Origin: Lama guanicoe
Taxonomy: Eukaryota
Direction of reading: 5' to 3'
Assembly (NCBI GenBank): GCA_013239625.1
Contig: MU054323.1
Span: 6,685,220 to 6,749,219 of the forward strand
Length of the DNA: 64,000 bases
Numbering within the stretch: position 1 is the first letter of the stretch; each line of letters opens with the position of its first letter. The position numbers and the translations under genes were made by a program. Positions 54,060 to 64,000 of the stretch are shown piece by piece. A model generated the notes under the pieces. That model was not told the origin of the DNA. It searched no databases and saw nothing but the letters and a program-made list of their open reading frames with translations.

Positions 54060-54900
54060 GGTGCACATTCTTGCCAACAATAGAGAAGACCACACTACTG
54101 AAGTATCATTTGCAGTTACCCTCATCGCAAAAAACAGGTCAACTCACATTACTACTGAGAAGCTTGTCAAACCAGTTTCAACATTAATGACAAATATTAT
54201 GCTTGGAGAGAAAGTAAAATGAGCTTTTGGCAAAAATCCCTTATCAAAGGCATACCATCTGGAAAAGCAATTACTGTCATGTGCATGCTAGCAGAATTTC
54301 TGTTTTTCAGTTGGATGAAAGCACTGATGTGCTGAGGACATACCAGCACTTCATATGGAAGTGATACTGATTATCACTGAGAAATCCACACTAACAGAGA
54401 GGTTTTTGTTGTTACTTTGTTTTGTTCATAGTGATGGTGGGTGGTGTTTTTTTTTAAGCTATTGTTACCTGGAAAAATTGCTGTTACCTGGAAAAATTGT
54501 TACCTGGTTCCTCTGATCAAAGCCTAACAACTTTAATTGTAGGAAAGGATATCAATTTATATCCTGCTTTTTTTCAGGGAGAAGAATTGGCATTCAGTAA
54601 TGTGATTTCTCTTTGTGATTTAATGTTGAAGAAAACAGTAGAAATTGTGGATGTCAGCAGTTTTCAGGATTTTGTGAAGAAATGGTCAGCAGGTATAGAA
54701 TCCTGCTTTTCCACAGTGATGTGTGCAGGCTGTGTAGTGTGACAGGGCTTTACATGTCTGTTAATTTGTTTTTTAGTAAAATAAGATAAATAGTTCTTTA
54801 CCGCTGATAATCCCATTTCTGTGATTTCAAGGGTGCTTAAACTTACATTTACTTTTTCAAATCGTCAGATTACAGAACTCCATATTCATAGTATCATGAA
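54060..54900 (+). mobile_element. Decayed hAT/Charlie (Buster-type) transposase relic
   Basis: Translations IAKNRSTHITTEKLVKP...IMLGEK, FQLDESTDV (~54305) and LLFHSDV (~54703) resemble Buster/Charlie transposase motifs. Confidence 0.7.
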
Positions 54901-55379
54901 TTTTAATGTATAAGGATTTTTTAAAAGTCTAAATTATGGTACAAAATAATTCTTCTCTAATAATTTGACCATTTCCCCACATTGGATTTTATTAATTTAT
55001 CAAAGGAAAAACAATGAATTTTTATTGTACATGTTTAAAAACCACAGCTAAATTTTGAAATAGAACATGAAGAAATACTTTCCAGAGCCCTAATGCTAGC
55101 AGAGACTGGATTAGGAATCTTTTTGCTCTTATCTAATTGAAGCATTTAACATCCAATTTTGGGTGGGATTTTTTTGGGGGGGGGCATTCAGTGGAATGCT
55201 GAAAGTAGACTTGAGAAGGAAATATTTCTATAAATTCTAGGTCCATGTTCAATCATAATATCCAAAATGTATAACACAGTTGATTTATAATTAGAATTAG
55301 ACGTTCTTAATTTAGTGGAGATAAAGAATAAGAAAGAAACTTGTTGAATTCAATCCATATCTGGAGCCTTGAACATCTT

Positions 55380-56370
55380 GCAAGGAAGTTATCAAACACT
55401 AATGGGGTGTAGCAAAACAACAAAGGTGCCTAATTGAATGGGCTCTGTCTGGCCAAAGGTGAGATGCTTTGAGCATTAGTAGTATACTTGTAATATAAGC
55501 AGTCACATCAAATATATTTAAACCCATGAGTTCATAATGATACTTTAAAAAACTCATTAGTTTTCTTTGGAGTGTGCTAAGTAACCAACTGTACCTGAAG
55601 GTAACCAAATAGTGGAAGAGAGAAAGTTTCTTTTCTCAGGAGTATTCTAATTATTAGTATTCTAGTTACAGTTAAGGGGTGATAAATAGAACATCACCGT
55701 ATCATAGTGAATTCCTGGACCCTAAGCAAAGATCATCAGTGGCTGCTAACAGCACAGAAGAAAGAAAGGCAACTAGACATTAGGTTTCTCTTAATGAAAA
55801 TTCACAATACTATCTATGAAGTATCCTTGCCCCCCAGATTGAACTTGAACCTGAATCTGATCAAGCCTCTAGCTCTAACTACCAGTTTACAGGAAACAAG
55901 ACAGGGAAACAAATGAAATGATACCATGGGGATGCAGTTAGCAGAATCGAGGCTATGAAGGAGTCCTTGGGACACACAAGTTTTTTGTTTTGGTTTGTTT
56001 TGTTTCGAACGAATAAATTGTAAGGAACAAAAAAACAGAAATGAGGGAGGAAAACTGAAATTAATAGCAATGTTTGGACTTTATTTCGGTCCAGATTTTA
56101 ATAAATAAATTTTATAAAATAATCAGGGAAATTTGAAGACTGGATATTTGATATTAAGAAATTGCTATTAATTTTTAGGTGTGATAGATAACAGCAGGTA
56201 GTTATATTGAAAAAATCATTATCTTGTAGAGATACATATAGAAATTTTGATGGATGCGCAGATATGTCTGAGGTCTGCTTCATTATCGTCTGGAGTAGAG
56301 GGGAGGCTGTGAGTATGGATGAAACAAGATTGGCCATGAGTTGATCATTGTTTAAGCTAGGCACTTGGGG
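55380..56370 (+). mobile_element. Old L1 3' UTR (L1MC4/L1ME-like)
   Basis: gtcacatcaaatatatttaaacccatgagttcataatgatac; aacctgaatctgatcaagcctctag. Confidence 0.65.
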
Positions 56371-56399
56371 TGTTGGAGGGTGGTGGTGGTGGTGTAATT

Positions 56400-57104
56400 C
56401 TTGTTTTGTTTTTTTCTAATTGAAGTTTAGTTGATTATACTATTATATAAGTTACAATATAGTAATTCACAGTTTTAAAAGATTATACTCCATTTATAAT
56501 TGTCATAAAAATATTGCTGTATTCCCCATGTTGTATAATATATCCTTATAGCTTATTTTGTACCTAATAGTGTGTACCTTATTTAATACCTATTAAGTGT
56601 TTTATACCTAACAGCCTTTTAATCCCCTACCTCTGTCTTGTCCCTGCCTTCCCTCTTCCTACCAGTAACCACTAGTTTTTTCTCTATATCTGTGAGTCTG
56701 CTGCTTTGTTGTATTCACACATTTGTTGTATTTTTTATATTCCATATATAAGTGATAATCATACAGTATTTTCTTTGACTTATTTCGCTTAGCATAATGC
56801 CCTCCAAGTCCACCCATGTTGCTACAAATGGCAAAATTTCATTATTTCATGCTTTTTTATGGCTGAGTAGTATTCTGTTGCATATTTTACCACATCTTCT
56901 TTATCCACTCATCTGTTGATGGACACTTAGATTGCTTCCATATCTTGGCAATTGTAAATAGTGCTGCTATGAACATTAGGGTGCATGTATCTTTTCGAAT
57001 CAGTATTTTTGTTTTTTTCAGGTATATATACCCAGGAGTGGACTTACTGGATCATATGTTAGTTCTGTTTCTAGTTTTTTGAGAAACCTCCATACTCTTT
57101 TCCT
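56400..57104 (-). mobile_element. L1 3' fragment
   Basis: attgaagtttagttgatta...ggctgagtagtattc...tgctgctatgaacattagggtgcatg. Confidence 0.9.
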
Positions 57105-57294
57105 AATTCTTGATATTATTCTCTAAGCTTTTTTGAAAATTTCTGTAAGAGGTCCATGAATTTGCATTTTTCTCTTTGTTGGCTTATAAGAATATAATTG
57201 AATTCTGTATTTAGCATCCTGCTGAGTGTTTATTTCTAATAATTTCTTGAGTCTTTTGGGTTTTCTATATAGAAAATCATATCGTCTATCAAGA

Positions 57295-57470
57295 ACAGTG
57301 TTACTATGTAGTGCTTACTGTTTACCAGGCTCTATTCCAAGCACTTACACATATTAACCCATTAGATCCTTGTAAGAGCGCCAGTGAAGCAGATGTTAAA
57401 TTGCCTGAAGTTGCCTGGCTGGTGTGTGTAGGGCTGGGATTTGAATCCAGGCCCTGCAGTCTGTGCTTCT
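57295..57470 (-). mobile_element. MIR
   Basis: gtgcttactgtttaccaggc...gggctgggatttgaatccagg. Confidence 0.7.
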
Positions 57471-59124
57471 CTAGGTTTTATATCTCTCCTTATAACATTT
57501 TATTTTTAATCTCTCCACTCTAATCCTTATACCTTTTATTTCTTTTGTCTTAGTGTGCTGGCTAGAAGTTAAACTTTTAAATACCAGTTTGTAATTTTGA
57601 TTTTGAAGTTGTCTTAATATTTAGGGAATCCAGAGTCCAGTCAAGTTTACTTCTTTATAAAGACGAGGTACTCACTGAAAGACTAAGAATTAAGTCAGTA
57701 TGCAGCCAGAAATCAAAGAATAAAATGCATTGTTAACAGCTTCTCGTTTTTTTCCCAAATTATATTTACCCTCCATCTGTAAGCAGCCTATTCATGGTTC
57801 ATTTTACTTTCAATCACTTGTTAATTTTTTTTGCTCTTATTTGCTGAATTTCTTTGTGACTCTTCGATAAAATTACTTTCTTCCCCAACCCCCACACCTG
57901 TTGTATAATTACAGCTCATTGACTTTAAATAGGCTGCATGAGATAAAATTAGGCAAAGCACTTAAGCACACTGTTTAACACATAGTATGTATCTAGTAAA
58001 TATTTGGTTTAAGAGAAAGATACTTCAAAATTTTGTCTAAAAATCATTCTTCTTTAATTTTTTAAATGGGGAGAGGCAGATATGGCTTAATTACTTTAAG
58101 AAGTCCTAGGCTTGGGGCAGGTGGGAAAACCTGTTGATAATGTGTTATGGTGGTTTAATGAATAATCTCTGTGTTCTCTGTAAGGCATTTATAATAGTTT
58201 CTGTCTGAGTTTGGGAAAGATTACTGAGAGAGTTGGATGCCAAAGGAATACTTCTCTATTGCGGGTGGGAACAATTTAGGCGAAAATGTGACTTGCCCCA
58301 GCTCCATGGATTTTTAAAAATTGCTCTTTGGCCAGTGGCAAAGTACATTATGATAAAGTAAGCATGCTAAGTTTGATGAAAGGAGGCATATAGGCTCCAG
58401 TAAGAAGGAAAATTTTTGGGTTTTCCCTCAAGAGAAAGAGATGGGTCATAATTATGGACAGTCTTTTCCTGAAGGTTATGGAAGGTGACCATCTGAAGAC
58501 TTGGCATAGCAAGTTAAAAGTGCTATTTTTCTGTCCTTCACCATCTTCCTCCCTGCAGCCCAGATGCTTATTATTTTGTATAGCAATAAACTAAAACCAG
58601 CTTTTAACATATCTTTAATGGTGGTTTTAAAATTATATTAAACTATTTGGAAACTAAAGGTTGTAGAGGCATAAGAATTTCTTTCACTTTCCAAATGACA
58701 GTTGTAATTATTGAAGGGCATAGCTATTAAAATTGAATAACCAATTACTAGAGTGTGTTAAAGAAGAAGAGTTTGCTTTGTTGAGCTATAGTTTATTCAT
58801 AAGAAATAAAAGATTTTTTGACGAATAAAATAAATGTGTGTGACAGAAACTCACTCTCCTATCTGATCATGAAAGCTTTGAGTGATAAGATGAAATATTT
58901 TCCAAACTACACCTGGATGCTATGGAAACCAAAAGGTGATATGCAAGATAAAGCGTAGTTGAGAGGCAGTCAGTTTAACATCTGTTATCAGTTAGTTGGT
59001 AAAGGCATTAACACGTTTATTGTTCTGAAGATGATCTTAAATGTGGGGGCATAGATAATGTGGTCAGTTATAGAGTATGGATTCATTGAATTTAAAAGAA
59101 AGCTGCTATGAAGAAAACAAAAAT

Positions 59125-59320
59125 AATAATAGTAATAGCTAATATTTAATATTTACTATGCATCAGATACTGTGATAGACACTTTTTTTTTTCAGATACA
59201 ATCCCAGTAACCCTGAGAAGTGTTAACTACTATTACATCTATTTTATGTATAAGGAAATTGAATCTTAATAAGGTGTACTTTGAAATTAACTCACAGCAG
59301 AGCCAGGATTCCTCCATCTG
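59125..59320 (-). mobile_element. MIR
   Basis: aataatagtaatagctaatattta...attttatgtataaggaaattga. Confidence 0.65.
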
Positions 59321-59999
59321 TATCTTGGGGTGAAACCAAAAGCTTGAGTTCAGAAACTTATTTTTAATCAGAATCAAAAAGGGAAGCGGATTCTGGTTTA
59401 AACAAGTTGCAAAAGCATAGATTTGGGAGAACCATGGATTTAGGGATTTTGCTAGTTCAGTATAATTTTATGATATAGAGCTTGTGAATGTTATTGTAGT
59501 CACAAGTATATATTAGTTGGATTATAGTGTCTCATATAAGAAAAGTCATAGTTCAAACATGCTAGCCAAACCACATTTTACTATTTTAGAGAGGAAGGAG
59601 GAATGCTTTGATTGGTTTTGAAAATGGTGTTTGATATGGAGTGACTTTCAAGTACTTTATCACTTTAACGTGTTCAATTAAAAATGAACATGGAAATGAA
59701 TTTTAATAGCTATTAATATTTTCAAGAATTTTTGCACATTCCTTGAAATTAAAAATTCCTTACATTATTAAGAAACATTCTGCCTATTACATGTCTAGCA
59801 ATGTAAACATAAAATTAGGTGCAAAATTGAGAATTTTTGTCCTTACTCTTAATGTCGTATGATGCAATTAATATTAGTAAAAATGGAAAGCATGAAGAAT
59901 TATAGTGTAAGACCTGCATTGCTTGTAATGTGGTTTATTTAGTTACATATAAGGCTTTCATTTATATTTAGGATTAAGTATCGTTTTTCAGTTGACTGT

Positions 60000-61015
60000 G
60001 CAACATGAAAAAAAGTTTAGGCTAAGCCACAAAGGAAAACTTCAGTAAGTTCCAGAAAAGCTGAAGCTACACATGTCCAATCTCTCACTGCAACAGCAGT
60101 TTAAAATGTACTACCCCAACCACTTGGAAAAATCAAAGAAAATATTCTTTAAAAATATTGACTCAAACAAGAAATCAAATATACAATAACTGATTATCTA
60201 GCAAGCTGAAATGAGACTCAGGCAAAGACTGATACGGAGCTTAGAAAATTGATATTTAAAAAAGAAATAAATATACTCAGCCTCTGAATTTAGTTTAACA
60301 AACAAATAAAAACAGCAAAATAAGTGCCTAGGACGAAGGGAGGATATAAGTAAGATAAAAGCAGAAACGGTGAATTGAACAGAAACTATAGGATTTAAAA
60401 ATCTAAGAGCTATTTCTTAAGGTTAAAAAACAAAGTAAATATCTGACTGATCTTATCAAGGAAAAGATAGAAAACCAAAGTAAGAAAGAATAAAGGAGAC
60501 AAAAATAGAAAAGAGAGGCCTCTCACTCCCTTATCTTCCGAGATGGCCCAGACTCTGTCTACAGATGTGTATCTACTTTTACTTTAACCCCCACCCCCTT
60601 CCCACCTCTTGGCCTCTCTGGCTTTTGAGATGGCCTACACTTGGTCTATGGAGTATGCATCTCTCTGAAAAAAATCTACTTTTACTCAACAACAACAACA
60701 AAATTGAAAAGAGATTTTTAGAATTCTAAGAGAGCTCTGTTTAGTAACCCTTCACCAGTTTATTTAAAATCTCTAAAATGAATTGTGAAATACTCAAACT
60801 GCTTTAAGAAGACGAAAATCTGGGTAAACAAAAACTATGGATGAAAGTTCAAGGAATTTTCTCAAAAAATTGGTTCTGGGGCCAGATCATTTTGCCAGTG
60901 AGTTTTTTTTCTAGCTTTCAAGGAACATATAATTCCTGTGGTGAGAAACTGTTCTAGAGATTATAAAAAGATGGAAATATGCCTAGTTAATATTATGAAA
61001 TCAGTATGAGTATCT
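60000..61015 (+). mobile_element. Old L1 ORF2 fragment (linker/RT start)
   Basis: ctggggccagatcattttgccagtgagtt...tcaaggaacatataattcc...tattatgaaatcagtat. Confidence 0.6.
60517..60699 (+). mobile_element. ERV LTR-like fragment with A-rich tail and 15-bp TSD
   Basis: gagatggcc..gtctatggagtatgcatctctctg resembles laurasiatherian ERV1 LTR R regions; (CAA)n tail; TSD aaaat(a/t)gaaaagaga at 60502-60516 and 60700-60714. Confidence 0.6.
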
Positions 61016-61737
61016 TACTTCAAGGGAGTGAGATTCTTTTGGGGGGATTACTTTTTTAGTTTCTACTGTAAGCACAGATTTTTCTTGAAATTGAGACAAC
61101 TGAGAGAAAAAAACCCAGAAATTAAAACCTTAGACAAAGATGTCTTTTCATCTATTAATACATTTACTGGTGTTCCTAGTACTCTTCATTCTTTTGAGTA
61201 GATCTACATTTGGATCTGATACTCATGTAGATCCAGATTTTGGATATGATACTCTTTTCTTTCTCTTTAAAGAACATTTCTTTAAAACAGGTGCACATCT
61301 TGTAATGGATTTTTCTCAACCTTTGTCTAAAAACATTTCCACATTCATTTGGAAATATATTTTAACTGGGTGTAGAATTTTAGGCTGGCAGTTTTTTTTC
61401 TTCTGGTACTTGGCAATGTCACTCCATTGACTTCTCATTTGTATGGTTTCTGATGAGAAGTGTATGTTTTTCTGTACATAATGAGTCCTTTTCCTCAACT
61501 CCATCAGCTTTTAACATTTTTTTCTTAATTACTGGTTTTCAACAATTTAATTATGATATCTCTAAGTGTGGTTTTCTTTGTTTATCCTTCTTTTATTTTG
61601 TTGAGCCTTTTGGATCTGTGGGTTTTATGGTTTGAGAGAATTTTGCCCAATATTTCTCCAAATATTTTTTCCATCATCTTCTTCCCTCTAGTTTTTGGAT
61701 CCTGATTATTTGATATATTGCTACAAATTATTGGTGG

Positions 61738-61739
61738 TT

Positions 61740-61783
<44 letters not shown>

Positions 61784-61802
61784 TTCTTTCTTTCTCTTTT
61801 TC
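61738..61802 (+). repeat. (TTTC)n microsatellite
   Basis: Direct reading. Confidence 0.95.
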
Positions 61803-62474
61803 TGTATTTTTTCCCTTTGTGCTTCATTTTGAATATTTTTTATTGCTCTGTTTTCAGATTAGTTGTCCAGTTTGCTATTAATCCTATCCAGTGTATTTTT
61901 CATTTCAGACATTGTGTTTTTCATTTATAAAAGTTCAATTTGGGCCTTAGAAAAATCTTACACTTCTCACTTCTGCCATCTCTTTCTCTGCCTTCTTGAG
62001 CATGTTGAGCATAGTTATAGAGCTCTTTTAACATCTTTATCTGCCAAGTTCTGTATTTCTGTTGGTTCTGTGTCTGTTTTTATTGATCTGTTATTCTCTT
62101 GGGTAGAGGGCATATTTTCCTTTTCATTTATATGCTTTATAAATTTTCATTGAATGTCAGACATGGTGAATTTTATGTAGTTTGGGGTTGGATTTTGTAG
62201 TGTTCCTTTAAATAATGTTGGTCTAAGTTTTGGCATACAGTTAAACTTTTTGAAATCACTTTGATTTTTTTTTTTGAGGCTTGCTTTGTTTTAAGGAAGC
62301 TTTGGTACTGTAGGTCCAAAGCAGCCCTTTTCCCTAGAGCTAATTTAGAGTTGATACCTTTTGATGACTTTACTTAATGGCTCATGTATTATGAGGTCTT
62401 TCTGTTCTACTTGGTGGGAATACAAATTATTCCTACCCTTGTATGAGTTTCAGTTTCAACTCTTTGGCCTATTT

Positions 62475-63268
62475 TTTTTTTTGAAGTATAGTCAGTTATA
62501 ATGTGTCCATTTTTGGTGTACAGCACAGTGTCCCAATCATGCATATACATACATATATTCATTTTCATATTCTTTTTCATTGAAGATTATTACAAGATAT
62601 TGAACATAGTTCCCTGTGCTATACAGAAGAAACTTCTTGAAAAATCTATTTTTATATATAGTGGCTAACATTTGCAAATCTCAACCCCCCAGATTTATCC
62701 CTTCCTACACCTTTACATGGTAATCATAAGATTATTTACTATATCTGCAAGTATGTTTCTGTTTTATGGATGAGTTCATGGTGTCCTTTTTTTTCTTTTT
62801 TTCTTTTTTCTTAGACTCCACATATAGAGTGATATCATATGGTAATTTTTTTCTCTTTCTGGCTTACTTCACTTAGAATGACTATCTCTAGGTCCATCCA
62901 TATTGCTACAAATGGCATTATTTTATTCTTTTATGGCTGAGTAATATTCCATTGTATAAATATACCACAACTTTTTTATCCAGTCATTGTCAATGAACAT
63001 ACACGTTGTTTCCATGTCTTGGCTATTGTATATAGTGCTGCTGTGAACATTGGGGTGCATGTATCTTTTTGCCTTAGAGTTCCCTCTGGATATATACCCA
63101 GGAGTGGGATTGCTGGATCATATGGTAAGCCTATTTTTAGTTTTTTGAGGAATCTCCATTCTATTTTCCATAATGGCTGCACCAAACTACATTCCCACCA
63201 GCAGTGTAGGAGGGTTCCCTTTTATCCAGACCCTCTCTAGCATTTATTGTTCATGGGCTTTTGAATGA
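62475..63268 (-). mobile_element. L1, 5'-truncated
   Basis: ORF2 C-terminus [30 protein letters not shown] ttggcctattt at 62464-62474 and 63269-63279. Confidence 0.92.
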
Positions 63269-63413
63269 TTGGCCTATTTGTTTTTCATTGGTCCTTTCCC
63301 CAACCTTAGGTAGTTTCCTCTCACAGATGACAGTACCTGCCAAAGGCTTAAAGGGAGGCTCCTGCAGATTTCCAGAGCTCTGTGATGCAGGTCCCTTCTC
63401 TCTGGTGTGCTTT

Positions 63414-63737
63414 TTTTTTTTTTTTAACATTTTTTATTGATTTATAATCATTTTACAGTGTTGTGTCAAATTCCAGTGTTCAGCACAATTTTTCAGCCAT
63501 TCATGGACATATACATCCTCATTGTCACATTTTTTTCTCTGTGATTTATCATAACATTTTGTGTATATTTCCCTGTGCTATACAGTGTAATCTTGTTTAT
63601 CTATTCTACAATTTTGAAATCCCAGTCTATCCCTTCCCACCCTCTACCCCTCTGGTAACCACAAGTCTGTATTCTCTGTCCATGACTCTATTTCTGTCCT
63701 GTATTTATGCTTTGTTTTTGTTTGTTTGTTTTTGTTT
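63414..63737 (-). mobile_element. Young L1 3' UTR stub
   Basis: Perfect 15-bp TSD tctctggtgtgcttt at 63399-63413 and 63738-63752. Confidence 0.92.
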
Positions 63738-64000
63738 TCTCTGGTGTGCTTTAACACACATTCTGGCTGACACAAATGTCAGTCTGTCTCCTCAACTCTG
63801 AGACAGCTGAGAGTGCCAGGCTCTGTTGAACTCCTCCCTCTCTAGCTTCATTCTGAAAACTGCTTCAGGGGTGTGAGGTGAGGCAATTGTAGGGCTTACC
63901 TCATTTTCTCTCCCTTTTCTCAGAGATCCCACTCCTGCTTTGACGTTGTCCAGTATTTGAAAGCTGTTGCTTAATCTGCTTTATCCACTTTCCTGGTTGT

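Larger units (their letters stand above)
61140..64000 (-). mobile_element. Old L1 5'/ORF1 region (L1M), interrupted by younger L1s
   Basis: Minus-strand translation FSSETIQMRSQWSDI...NCQPKILHPVKIYF is the L1 ORF1p C-terminus. Confidence 0.7.

Noticed and set aside
1..64000. CRISPR array, operon-like or other novel multi-gene system
   Set aside because: Mammalian promoter and intron sequence; repeated motifs are explained by transposable elements and their TSDs

Overview
Mammalian genomic DNA. The tRNA-derived SINE and the young L1 3' ends suggest a camelid (inference). The window holds the 5' end of one large + strand gene: a CpG-island promoter (~2870-4220), a non-coding first exon ending at CAG|GTGAGT (3632), a ~48.5 kb first intron, a 135-nt non-coding second exon (52118-52252) and the start of intron 2. 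Exon sizes and layout match my recollection of the NCOA1 (SRC-1) 5' UTR; this is unverified. No protein-coding exon is present, and the listed ORFs are GC-rich shadow ORFs, L1/transposase remnants or chance ORFs. The rest is dense in transposable elements: old and young L1, L2, MIR, MaLR LTRs, MER44, MER58, a Charlie/hAT transposase relic and three tRNA-SINEs. I found no convincing novel multi-gene system. The most notable points are a uORF-rich leader, an LTR-like fragment with an A-tail and long TSD, a doubled L1 stub with a triplicated target site, nested insertions and a strong antisense bias of intronic L1s. Repeat subfamily names are from pattern recognition, and boundaries are approximate unless a TSD is quoted.
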